Assembly: GCA_035693765.1 (NCBI GenBank)
Contig: DASSGC010000144.1
Span: 1-41,872 of the forward strand
Length of the DNA: 41,872 bases
Reading direction: 5' to 3'
DNA from: Acidimicrobiales bacterium
Lineage (GTDB): Bacteria; Actinomycetota; Acidimicrobiia; Acidimicrobiales; VFJN01
Shown one piece after another: positions 1 to 10,313 of this stretch. Below the pieces are notes generated by a model. It ran no database searches and was not told the origin of the DNA. It saw only the letters and a program-made list of their open reading frames with translations. Every line of letters begins with the position of its first letter. Within the stretch, counting starts at the first letter, position 1. The position numbers and the translations under genes were made by a program.

Positions 1-810
1 GGGGTCGCCGGGGTCGCCGCCGTGGTCGCCGTCGTGGTGGTGGGGGTCGCCGGGGTCGTCGTCGTGGTCGTGGGGGTCGTCGGGATCGTCGTCGTGGTCG
101 CCGGGGTCGTGCCCGCCACGCGCCGCCTGCCCGCGTCGGCCGCCGCCATGGTCGTGGGCCGCGGCCGAGCCACCCCCGCCGCCGTGGTCGCCGCCGCCGT
201 GACCGTCGCCCGCCGCGCCGCCGTGCGCGCCGTCGCCGTCGTCATCATGGTCGCCCGCCGTGGCCCCGTGATCGTGCCCGCCGCCGTCTCCGGGCCCGTG
301 CGCTGCGGCGGACTCGCCCAGCCCGTGGCCGTGGTCGCCCCCGGTGTGGTCGTGGTCGCCCGTCGCCACCATCGCCGCCAGCACCAGGGCGGCGGCGGTC
401 ACGGCCCCCGGTACCTGCGCCGGTCGCCTGGCGCCGACCGGGTCGCTCCGGCCCGACAGCCACCACGCCGCGCCCCCGAGCGTCACGCCGGCCAGCACCG
501 CCGCCACGGTGTCGGCGAAGCCGGGCGGCTCCGCCGCCTCCAGGCCGGTGACGAACCCGATGCCGCTCACCTTCGCCAGCGCCCATCCGGTCAGCCCGAC
601 CCAGCCGAGCGCGACCCCGGCCCAGGCCAGGGGCCGGGACGCACGCGCCCGCAGCGCGGCGGCCCCCCATCCCCCCTGGAGCACCGCCAGGACGGCGAAC
701 ATCACCGCCGCCGGCGGGTGCTCGCCGTGGGCGCCGGCCGCCGTGGCGTGGATGGCCCCCGCCCCCAGCGACGCGACCGCCGCCGTGCGCATCTCCCGCA
801 TCGTGGTCAT
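1..810 (-). CDS. Partial CDS (3' end runs off the window start): polytopic membrane protein with an extremely His/Asp/Gly-rich C-terminal tail
   Basis: My own minus-strand translation from the ATG at 808-810 reads MTTMREMRTAAVASLGAGAIHATAAGAHGEH..., followed by hydrophobic segments. It then reads ...TGDHDHTGGDHGHGLGE...GDHDDDGDGAHGG...HDPGDHDDDPDDPHDHDDDPGDPHHHDGDHGGDPGDP. The frame stays open to position 1 (270 codons). It is absent from the ORF track because no stop lies in the window. The listed + ORF 22..1242 (poly-Val/Ala/Arg) is its antisense shadow. Confidence 0.55.
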   Translation of the reverse strand, partial: MTTMREMRTAAVASLGAGAIHATAAGAHGEHPPAAVMFAVLAVLQGGWGAAALRARASRPLAWAGVALGWVGLTGWALAKVSGIGFVTGLEAAEPPGFADTVAAVLAGVTLGGAAWWLSGRSDPVGARRPAQVPGAVTAAALVLAAMVATGDHDHTGGDHGHGLGESAAAHGPGDGGGHDHGATAGDHDDDGDGAHGGAAGDGHGGGDHGGGGGSAAAHDHGGGRRGQAARGGHDPGDHDDDPDDPHDHDDDPGDPHHHDGDHGGDPGDP

Positions 811-905
811 GTACGGCTAACGCGTAGCGGCGGCGGTCGGTTCACGGCGCGGCCGAGTCGTAACCAAGCCGTCAGACCAGGTCGCCCGACCGGGCGGCGC
901 GGCGC

Positions 906-2405
906 TCAGACGCCGATGCGGCGCCAGGGGCCCCAGATGGCGAAGGTGAGACCCCGGCTGGCCTGGATGTTCACGAACAGCGTGTGCCCGTCGGGGCTGA
1001 AGGTCGCGCCGGCGAACTCGTCGTTCGACCGGTCGGCGCCGGTCGACGACGTCAGCCGGTTGAGGGCGATGGGGAACAGCTCCCCCCGGGGCGACAGGCC
1101 CCGGATGAAGTTGTCGTTCACGTTGTCCTCGCACACCACGAGGGTGCCGTGGGGGCTGGTGCACACGTTGTCGGGGAAGTCGAGCACGTCGGGGCCGGGC
1201 GACTGGTACAGCAGCCGCAGGCGCTCGGAGCGGGTGTCGTAGCCCCAGATCTGCCCGGTGCCGTTGCCGAACCCGCCGACGGTGTCGCTGGGTCCGGGCT
1301 CGGCGGGGCCGCCGCCCTGCGTCGAGGTGAAGTAGACGACGCCCTTGTGGAAGGCGGCCCCCTCCAGCCGCGAGAACCACGCGGCCCCCTGGGCCCGGCC
1401 CTGGTCGCCGACGTAGCTGATCGCGGCGTTGTTGCCGGTGGGGGCCGTCTCGCCCGGGGTGTACGGGAAGCTCGGCGCCGGGTCGTCGATGTCGACCCAC
1501 GTGACCCGGTAGGTGGCGCGGTCGGGCTGGGTGGCCGCCAGGTCGGCGTTGGGGGTGCCGGTGACGGCCAGCATCTGGAGGCGGCCGGTGGGGGGGATGT
1601 GGCCGGCCGCCCGGGCGTCCTCGTCGGGCAGGTAGCGGTAGAAGCCCGACGGGAACCCGAAGTTGTCCTCGGTCTGGTACAGCACGCCGTGCCGGTGGTC
1701 GAAGGCGACCGCCTCGTGGGCGAACCGGCCGGCGCCGGTGATCGGCTCGCGGTTCGACTGGCCGCCTGCGGGCCCCTCGAACAGGAAGCCGTGCGGCCGG
1801 GTGAGCGGGATGTTCGAGACACCGGTGAAGTCGGGCCCCACGTCGGGGCCGTTGACCGTCTCCTCGCACGAGACCCACGACCCCCACGGCATGGGGCCGC
1901 CCGAGCAGTTCATCTGGGTGCCGTTCAGGCTCGTGAAGGCGTGGACGACCTCGCCGAAGGGCGTCACCACGATGGTGGTCGTGCCGCCGCCCGCCATGGC
2001 GTCGTAGGCCTGCGACGCGTCGCCGAAGGGGGGAACGGGGTTGTTCACCTCGTGGTTGCGGACGAGCGTGTAGTTGCCGTCCGGCCCGGCGAAGGCGGCC
2101 ATGCCGTCGTGGCGGCCCGGCAGCGCGGTGCCGTCGTCGAGGGTCACGGCCTGCTCGGTGTCGTGGAACGACCGGTAGGCGAACCCCGGCGGGAGCCACA
2201 GCCGCACCTTGCCGTCGCGCAGGTCGGCCACCGGGCCGAGCTCGGGCACGGGCGTCGCGGCCGCCGGCCCGGCGAGGAACCCGGCGAACGGCCCGGCCAG
2301 GGTGGCACCCCCCACGGCGGCCGCCGATCCCCCAAGGAACCGTCGCCGGTCGATGCGTGCTCCCGGCCCTGCCGCGCGCCCGGTGGTGCTCGCCGATCCG
2401 CTCAT
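906..2405 (-). CDS. phoX: Tat-exported PhoX-like (DUF839) phosphatase
   Basis: ORF 906..2447. It has a twin-arginine signal (RIDRRRFLGGSAAAVGGATLAG) followed by beta-propeller-type DUF839/PhoX sequence (NCSGGPMPWGSWVSCEE, FSPDGHTLFVNIQ). I prefer the ATG at 2405, which has GGGGGA about 8 nt upstream, over the GTG at 2447. Confidence 0.85.
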   Translation of the reverse strand: MSGSASTTGRAAGPGARIDRRRFLGGSAAAVGGATLAGPFAGFLAGPAAATPVPELGPVADLRDGKVRLWLPPGFAYRSFHDTEQAVTLDDGTALPGRHDGMAAFAGPDGNYTLVRNHEVNNPVPPFGDASQAYDAMAGGGTTTIVVTPFGEVVHAFTSLNGTQMNCSGGPMPWGSWVSCEETVNGPDVGPDFTGVSNIPLTRPHGFLFEGPAGGQSNREPITGAGRFAHEAVAFDHRHGVLYQTEDNFGFPSGFYRYLPDEDARAAGHIPPTGRLQMLAVTGTPNADLAATQPDRATYRVTWVDIDDPAPSFPYTPGETAPTGNNAAISYVGDQGRAQGAAWFSRLEGAAFHKGVVYFTSTQGGGPAEPGPSDTVGGFGNGTGQIWGYDTRSERLRLLYQSPGPDVLDFPDNVCTSPHGTLVVCEDNVNDNFIRGLSPRGELFPIALNRLTSSTGADRSNDEFAGATFSPDGHTLFVNIQASRGLTFAIWGPWRRIGV

Positions 2406-2506
2406 GTCGCCGTCCCCCTGGTCGTCCCGATCGACAGATCGTGGCACGTCGGGCGCCGCGGGTCGGCGAAAAGTCCATCGACCGGGCGGATCGCCGCCCG
2501 GACGCG

Positions 2507-2541
2507 CACGAGGGGCCGGCCCGCAGGACCGGCCCCTCGTG
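2507..2541 (-). terminator. GC-rich hairpin downstream of hppA
   Basis: CACGAGGGGCCGG-cccgcagga-CCGGCCCCTCGTG, a 13-bp perfect stem. It lies about 25 nt past the hppA stop (2566) and before the phoX start region. There is no clear U-tract, as is common in high-GC actinobacteria. Confidence 0.5.
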
Positions 2542-2565
2542 TCGTGCGCTACCTGTGGTGCGGGC

Positions 2566-5001
<2,436 letters not shown>

Positions 5002-5028
5002 GATCGTGCATCTCCCCCTTGTGGGATC

Positions 5029-5745
5029 TCAGCTTGCTCTGTCTGCTTCGTGCTGCGGCTCGGCCACCCCGGCAGGGGGGAGGATCGTCCGCGTGACGTA
5101 CACCTGGCGGGCGACCCGCTGCCCGATGGTGCGGGTCTTGCCGTCGATCTCGACGACCAGCGGGCCGTCGAAGGGGTGCTTCTCGAGCACGGCCACCGCG
5201 ACCCCGGGCACGACGCCCAGGGTCCCGAGGAACGAGAGGATCTCGGCGTCGGTCGATCCCGACACCGCCACCTCGGCCACGTCACCGGGCTCGAGGTCGT
5301 ACAGCTCGGGCGTGTTGGGGAGGTCCGCGGCCTGCGGCTGCGGGATCGGGAACCCGTGCGGGCACGTCTCCGGCCGGTGCAGCGCCACGTACAGCCGGTC
5401 GGTCACCTCGTCGGGCAGGTCGTGCTCGAACGCGACGGCCAGCTCGTCCGCCTCGTTCCAGGCGTAGCCGAGCATGTCGGCCAGGAACCGCTCGACGATG
5501 CGGTGGCGGCGGATGGCGGAGATCGCCGCCCGCCGTCCCGTGTCGGTGAAGGTGACGCCCTGGTAGGGCCGATGGTCGACGAGGCCGCGGTCGGCGAGAC
5601 GCTTGACCAGCGTGGTCACCGTGCCGGGCGACAGTCCCAGCCGCTCGGCCAGGGTGCCGGTGTGGGCCTCCGAACCGTCGCGGGTGAAGCGGTAGATGGC
5701 CTTGAGGGCCTCGCGCTCGGACTTCGTGAACTCCGTGAGCTGCAT
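5029..5745 (-). CDS. DtxR/IdeR/MntR-family metal-dependent transcriptional regulator with C-terminal FeoA/SH3-like domain
   Basis: Starting from the ATG at 5745 the protein reads MQLTEFTKSEREALKAIYRF... HTGTLAERLGLSPGTVTTLVKRLADRGLV (wHTH). It continues with RRHRIVERFLADMLG...FEHDLPDEV (metal and dimerisation helix) and then a FeoA-like tail. It sits 27 bp upstream of hppA on the same strand. Confidence 0.9.
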   Translation of the reverse strand: MQLTEFTKSEREALKAIYRFTRDGSEAHTGTLAERLGLSPGTVTTLVKRLADRGLVDHRPYQGVTFTDTGRRAAISAIRRHRIVERFLADMLGYAWNEADELAVAFEHDLPDEVTDRLYVALHRPETCPHGFPIPQPQAADLPNTPELYDLEPGDVAEVAVSGSTDAEILSFLGTLGVVPGVAVAVLEKHPFDGPLVVEIDGKTRTIGQRVARQVYVTRTILPPAGVAEPQHEADRAS

Positions 5746-5855
5746 ACAGGGTTTGGCTCTCCCAAAACCCGACCTTCGGGCATTGCGATCCGCCTGATTA
5801 CCACGGCCGGCAACTCGCCCCCAAACCCGCGCTGTGCCAGACTGCGGGTCCACTG

Positions 5856-5874
5856 ATCTGACGGCGCGTCAGAT
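5856..5874. promoter_or_regulatory. 19-bp palindromic operator candidate ATCTGAC-N5-GTCAGAT (site 1)
   Basis: Sequence ATCTGACggcgcGTCAGAT lies in the divergent region between the DtxR-like gene and the DUF35/thiolase operon. The same half-sites and spacing recur at 10314-10332. Confidence 0.55.
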
Positions 5875-5880
5875 GTTGGT

Positions 5881-5915
5881 GTCGGATTCGCGTCGGATTT
5901 CGGTGTCGGATTTCG
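5881..5915. repeat. Three direct repeats GTCGGAT(T)TCG spaced 11 and 13 bp
   Basis: gtcggattcg (5881), gtcggatttcg (5892) and gtcggatttcg (5905). They lie immediately after the palindrome, about 50-85 nt upstream of the DUF35 start. Confidence 0.7.
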
Positions 5916-5965
5916 TGTCTGAGCGTGCCGGGTCCGAGGCGGCCGGTGCCGGGAGGGTCACACAC

Positions 5966-6436
5966 ATGGCGAGCACCACCACGAGGGGTCCCGTCCCGGC
6001 CGTCGACGGCTGGTTCACCACCGGCGACGAGCCCGCCCTCCTCGGCACCCGCTGCAGGTCCTGCGGCTCCGTCTTCTTCCCCCGGGAGGAGGCGTTCTGC
6101 CGCAACCCCGGCTGCGCGGGCGAGGCGTTCGACGAGGTGCCGCTGTCGCGCCGGGGGGTCGTGTGGTCGTACACCGACGCCCGCTACCAGCCGCCGCCCC
6201 CGTACCTCCCGGCCACCGATCCCTACGAGCCCTTCGCCCTGGCCGCCGTCGAGCTGGAGGCGGAGGGCCTCGTCGTGCTCGGCCAGGTCGCCGGCGGCTA
6301 CGGCGTCGACGACCTGACCGTCGGCGCCCCGGTCGAGCTGGTGGTCGAGCCGCTCTACACCGGCGAGGACGGCACCGTCCGCACGATCTGGCGGTGGAAG
6401 CCGCTCACGCCCGCCGCCGGGGAGGCCGCCACATGA
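5966..6436 (+). CDS. DUF35 Zn-ribbon/OB-fold protein (thiolase/Ltp partner)
   Basis: ATG at 5966 is preceded by GGGAGGG. It has a C-x2-C...C-x4-C ribbon (CRSCGSVFFPREEAFCRNPGC) and then an OB-fold-like region. Its stop overlaps the next start (ATGA at 6433-6436). Confidence 0.85.
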   Translation: MASTTTRGPVPAVDGWFTTGDEPALLGTRCRSCGSVFFPREEAFCRNPGCAGEAFDEVPLSRRGVVWSYTDARYQPPPPYLPATDPYEPFALAAVELEAEGLVVLGQVAGGYGVDDLTVGAPVELVVEPLYTGEDGTVRTIWRWKPLTPAAGEAAT

Positions 6437-7620
6437 GCAACGACGTCGCCGTCGTCGGGGTGGGGATGCACCCCTGGGGCAAGTGGGGCCGCCCCTTCCA
6501 GGCCTACGGCATCGCGGCCGCCCGGTCCGCGCTGGCCGACGCCGGGCTCGACTGGACCGACGTCCAGCTCGTGGTGGGCGGCGAGACCGTCCGCAACGGC
6601 TACGCCGGCTACGTCGCCGGCGCCACCTTCGCCCAGGCACTCGGGTGGAACGGTGCCCGGGTCGCCACGGCCTACGCCGCCTGCGCCACCGGCGCCCAGG
6701 CGCTCGACACCGCTCGGGCCCGCATCCTGGCCGGCATGTGCGACGTCGCCCTGGTGGTCGGGGCCGACACGACGCCCAAGGGGTTCCTCGCCCCCAACGC
6801 GGGCGAGCGCTGGGACGACCCCGACTGGCTGCGGTTCCGCCTGCTCGGCATGACCAACCCGGCGTACTTCGCCCTCTACGCGCGGCGGCGCATCGACCTG
6901 CACGGCGCCACCCCGGCCGACTTCGCGGCGGTGAAGGTCAAGAACGCCCGCCATGGCCTGGCCAACCCCTACGCCCGCTACCGCAAGGCGGTGACGCTCG
7001 ACGAGGTGCTGGCCTCGCCGGTGGTCGCCGATCCGCTGCACCTGCTCGACATCTGCGCCACGTCCGACGGCGGCGCCGCGGTGGTGCTCACCTCCACCGC
7101 CTTCGCCCGCCGCCGGGGCCTGCACGCCCTGCGGCTCCGGGCCGTGGCCACCGTCGCCCCCTCGTTCCCCAACACCGTGATCGAGATGCCGAACTTCGCC
7201 ACCGACTCATCGGTGGCGGTGGCACCCGGCGACCGGACGTTCCGCGACTCGATCGGCGCCGCCGCCTACGAGGAGGCCGGGCTGGGCCCGGAGGACGTGT
7301 CGCTGGCCGAGGTGTACGACCTGTCGACCGCGCTGGAGCTCGACTGGTACGAGAACCTCGGCCTGTGCAAGCCGGGCGACGCCGAGGCGGTGCTGCGCTC
7401 GGGTGACACGACGCTCGGCGGCCGCGTGCCGGTCAACCCGTCCGGCGGTCTCGCCTGCTTCGGCGAGGCCGTGCCCGCCCAGGCGCTGGCCCAGGTGTGC
7501 GAGGTGGCCTGGCAGCTCCGGGGCCAGGCCGACGGCCGCCAGGTCGCGGGTGCCCGCGTGGGCATCACCGCCAACCAGGGCCTCTTCGGCCACGGCAGCT
7601 CGGTCATCCTCTCGATCTGA
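6433..7620 (+). CDS. Thiolase-fold lipid-transfer protein (SCP-x/Ltp type)
   Basis: MSNDVAVVGVGMHPWGKW..., with a Cys-containing AACATGAQAL motif and a C-terminal NPSGGLACFGEAVPAQAL. It is translationally coupled to the DUF35 gene. Confidence 0.9.
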   Translation: MSNDVAVVGVGMHPWGKWGRPFQAYGIAAARSALADAGLDWTDVQLVVGGETVRNGYAGYVAGATFAQALGWNGARVATAYAACATGAQALDTARARILAGMCDVALVVGADTTPKGFLAPNAGERWDDPDWLRFRLLGMTNPAYFALYARRRIDLHGATPADFAAVKVKNARHGLANPYARYRKAVTLDEVLASPVVADPLHLLDICATSDGGAAVVLTSTAFARRRGLHALRLRAVATVAPSFPNTVIEMPNFATDSSVAVAPGDRTFRDSIGAAAYEEAGLGPEDVSLAEVYDLSTALELDWYENLGLCKPGDAEAVLRSGDTTLGGRVPVNPSGGLACFGEAVPAQALAQVCEVAWQLRGQADGRQVAGARVGITANQGLFGHGSSVILSI

Positions 7621-7634
7621 CGGTGGGCGGGGTC

Positions 7635-7768
7635 AGAGGCCGAGCGGATGGGGCGCTCGCCACGGCCTACGCGTGGGGATTTGGGATGGAAGCACCAGCT
7701 CGACAGCTCGGCCGACCGGCAACGCAGCACGGTGACACGCGCCGGCGTGACCCATCCGCTCATGTTCT
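7635..7768. repeat. Structured 134-bp repeat, copy 1 (candidate ncRNA or REP/MITE-like element)
   Basis: It aligns without gaps to 41605-41738 with 8 mismatches (manual alignment). An 11-bp closing stem pairs GAGCGGATGGG (7642-7652) with CCCATCCGCTC (7751-7761). Internal hairpins lie at 7660-7676, 7693-7734 and 7737-7749. It fills the convergent gap between the thiolase stop (7620) and the MaoC stop (7768). Confidence 0.8.
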
Positions 7769-8232
7769 CAGGCCAGCCAGCGGCTGAGCGACTCGACCAC
7801 GCAGGCGGGCTTGTCGCCCCCCTCCACCTCCATCGTGACCCGGATGGTGGTCTGCACCCCGCCCGGCACGTCGTCGCAGGCCACCAGCTCGGCCCTTCCC
7901 CGCACCCGGCTGCCGACGGGCACCGGCGCCGGGAAGCGAACCCTGCCGGTCCCGTAGTTGACGCCGAGCGAGATGCCCCGCACCTCGACGAGCTGGGGCA
8001 GCACCAGGTTGGACAGCGCGAGCGTCAGGTAGCCGTGCGCGATGGGTCCGCCATAGGGGCTCTCGGCGCGGGCCCGGTCGACGTCGACGTGGATCCACTG
8101 GTGGTCGCCGGTGGCCTCGGCGAACTGGTCCACCTGCGCCTGCGTGACCTCGAACCAGTCGCTGGTGCCGAGCTCGCGGCCGGGCTCGGCGGCGCGCAGC
8201 TCGTCGAGCGATGCGAACACGGTCTGTGCCAT
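7768..8232 (-). CDS. MaoC-like (R)-specific enoyl-CoA hydratase/dehydratase
   Basis: 154 aa hot-dog fold: FAEATGDHQWIHVDVDRARAESPYGGPIAHGYLTLAL. Confidence 0.9.
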   Translation of the reverse strand: MAQTVFASLDELRAAEPGRELGTSDWFEVTQAQVDQFAEATGDHQWIHVDVDRARAESPYGGPIAHGYLTLALSNLVLPQLVEVRGISLGVNYGTGRVRFPAPVPVGSRVRGRAELVACDDVPGGVQTTIRVTMEVEGGDKPACVVESLSRWLA

Positions 8233-8242
8233 CGGTCCCCTC

Positions 8243-9070
8243 TCACGGGTGCTGGGAGCTGACGCTCACGACCTCGCCGGTCATGTAGGTCGAGTAGTCG
8301 CTGGCCAGGAACGCGATCACGGTGGCGACCTCCCACGGTTCGGCGGGGCGGCCGAACGCCTCGCGCTGCGACAGCTCGGCCAGCAGCTCGTCGGTCGTGA
8401 CCTTGGCCAGGAAGGGGTGCATCGCCAGGCTGGGGGCCACCGCGTTGACCCGCACGCCGTGCGGCGCCGCCTCGGCGGCCGCGCTGCGGGTCAGGGCCAT
8501 GACGCCCGCCTTGGCCGCGGCGTAGTGGGCCTGGCCGGCCTGCGCCCGCCAGCCGAGCACCGAGGCGTTGTTGACGATGACGCCGGCGCCCTGCGGGCAC
8601 ATGATCCGCAGCGCCGCCCGGACGCAGCGCAGCGTGCCCGTGAGGGTCACGTCGACGACCCGGGCCCACTGCTCGTCGGTCATCTCGACGATGTCGGCCG
8701 TGCCGCCGAGGCCGGCGTTGTTCACCACCACGTCGAGCCGCCCGTGCGCGTCCCGGGCCGCCGCGAACAGGGCCTGCACCTGGTCCTCGTCGGTGACGTC
8801 GCAGGGCACGGCCAGCGGCGCCGGGCCGGGGCTGCCGTCGGCGCGGGCGACGCCGGTCAGCGCCGCCGCCGTCTCGCCGAGCCGCCGCTCGTGCGCGTCG
8901 GACACCACGACCGTCGCGCCCTCGGCCAGCAGCCGCCGGGCGGTGGCCGAGCCGATGCCGGTGCCGGCGGCCGCGGTCACCACGGCGACCTTCCCGGCCA
9001 GCAGGTCGTGGCCCGCGGGCTCGACGGGCACGGGCGGCGGTGGCGGTGCCGGTGGCGGTGCGGCGCTCAC
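8243..9070 (-). CDS. Short-chain dehydrogenase/reductase (SDR)
   Basis: GTG at 9070 overlaps the ACAD stop (GTGA). Motifs are GKVAVVTAAAGTGIGSA (Rossmann), NNAG and a YAAAKAG catalytic Tyr/Lys. The 693-aa track ORF 8243..10324 is this gene plus an upstream shadow. Confidence 0.9.
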   Translation of the reverse strand: MSAAPPPAPPPPPVPVEPAGHDLLAGKVAVVTAAAGTGIGSATARRLLAEGATVVVSDAHERRLGETAAALTGVARADGSPGPAPLAVPCDVTDEDQVQALFAAARDAHGRLDVVVNNAGLGGTADIVEMTDEQWARVVDVTLTGTLRCVRAALRIMCPQGAGVIVNNASVLGWRAQAGQAHYAAAKAGVMALTRSAAAEAAPHGVRVNAVAPSLAMHPFLAKVTTDELLAELSQREAFGRPAEPWEVATVIAFLASDYSTYMTGEVVSVSSQHP

Positions 9071-10302
9071 GTCGGCTCCTCCGTGCGGGCGGCGGCCGCG
9101 GGTGGCGCCGGCTCCTTCGGCAGGCCCAGCGCCCGCTCGCCGATGATGGTCCGCTGGATCTGGTTCGACCCGCCGTAGATCGTGTCGGCCCGGCTGAACA
9201 GGAACAGCCGTTGCAGCGGATCGGGGTCGTAGCCGGCGGGGTCGCCGGCCGGCGCCTCGCCGCACACGGTGGCGCCCGCGCCGAGCACGTCCATGGCCAG
9301 CTCGCCGAGGCCACGGTGGAAGGTGCCCCAGTAGAGCTTGCCGATCAGCGCCTCCCGCCGGAGCGTCCCCGACTCGCTGCCGGCGAGCGTCCGGAGGGCG
9401 TTGAGCCGCATGATCTCCAGCCCGATGTGGGCCCGGGCCAGCCGCTGGCGCACCACGGGGTCGGCGGCGGCGCCGTTGCGCCGGGCAAGGGCGACGATGG
9501 CGTCGAGCTCGTTGCGGAAGTTGAGCTGCTGGCCGAGCGTCGAGGCGCCGCGCTCGAAGGCGAGCGTGCCCATCGCCACCCGCCAGCCGTCGCCCTCGCC
9601 GCCGACGATGTCGCCGGCCGCGGCCCGCGCCCCGTCGAAGAACACCTCGTTGAACTCGCTGTCGCCGGTGAGCTGGACGATGGGCCGGATGTCGACGCCG
9701 GGCTGGCGCATGGGCACCAGCAGGTACGAGATGCCCTTGTGCTTCGACCCGGGATGGCGGGAGGTGCGGGCCAGCACGAAGCACCAGTCGGCCCAGTGGG
9801 CGAGCGAGGTCCACACCTTCTGGCCGTGGATCGCCCAGCCGTCGCCGTCGCGCTCGGCGCGGGTGGCGATGTTGGCCAGGTCGCTGCCGGCGTTCGGCTC
9901 CGAGTACCCCTGGCACCACAGCTCGGTGCCGGCCACGATCGGCGGGAGGAAGCGCCGCTGCTGCTCCGGGGTGCCGAAGGCGATGACGGTCGGGCCCAGC
10001 AGCCCCTCGCCGATCTGCCCGAGCCGGCCGGGCGCCCGGGCCCGGGCGTACTCCTCGTGGTAGATGACGTGCCGGCGCAGCGACAGTCCCCGGCCGCCGT
10101 GCTCCTCCGGCCAGCCGACGCAGGTCCACCCGTGGGCGCCGAGGTGGCGCTCCCAGGCCAGCCGCTCCTCGAACAGGGCGTGCTCGTCGCCCGGCCCGCC
10201 CCGCCCGCGCACGTCGGCGAAGTCGCCCGCCAGGCTGTCGGCCAGGAAGCTGCGCACCTCCTCCCGGAACGACCGGTCGTCCGCGCTCTCCCGCAGGTCC
10301 AC
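9067..10302 (-). CDS. Acyl-CoA dehydrogenase
   Basis: 411 aa with GTG start. Typical FadE sequence: WCQGYSEPNAGSDLANIATRAERDGDGWAIHGQKVWTS...IYGGSNQIQRTIIGERALGLP. Confidence 0.93.
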   Translation of the reverse strand: MDLRESADDRSFREEVRSFLADSLAGDFADVRGRGGPGDEHALFEERLAWERHLGAHGWTCVGWPEEHGGRGLSLRRHVIYHEEYARARAPGRLGQIGEGLLGPTVIAFGTPEQQRRFLPPIVAGTELWCQGYSEPNAGSDLANIATRAERDGDGWAIHGQKVWTSLAHWADWCFVLARTSRHPGSKHKGISYLLVPMRQPGVDIRPIVQLTGDSEFNEVFFDGARAAAGDIVGGEGDGWRVAMGTLAFERGASTLGQQLNFRNELDAIVALARRNGAAADPVVRQRLARAHIGLEIMRLNALRTLAGSESGTLRREALIGKLYWGTFHRGLGELAMDVLGAGATVCGEAPAGDPAGYDPDPLQRLFLFSRADTIYGGSNQIQRTIIGERALGLPKEPAPPAAAARTEEPT

Positions 10303-10313
10303 GCGCCGAACCT

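Noticed and set aside
22-1242. 406-aa + strand ORF starting with poly-Val/Gly/Ala
   Set aside because: Its first part is antisense to the His/Asp-rich membrane protein gene (GTC/GTG codons mirror GAC/CAC). Its later part is antisense to phoX. It has no plausible fold.
7635-7768. Possibility that the structured repeat is SRP (4.5S) RNA, a riboswitch or a tRNA-derived att site
   Set aside because: It contains GGAAGCA and, in copy 2, CAAGGCAG, which superficially recall the SRP helix-8 strand. However, the GGAA-tetraloop hairpin architecture is absent, and SRP RNA would not be duplicated. Copy 1 lies between two gene 3' ends, so it cannot be a 5'-UTR riboswitch. There is no tRNA cloverleaf, T-loop (GGTTCGA) or integrase nearby. 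I therefore left it unassigned.
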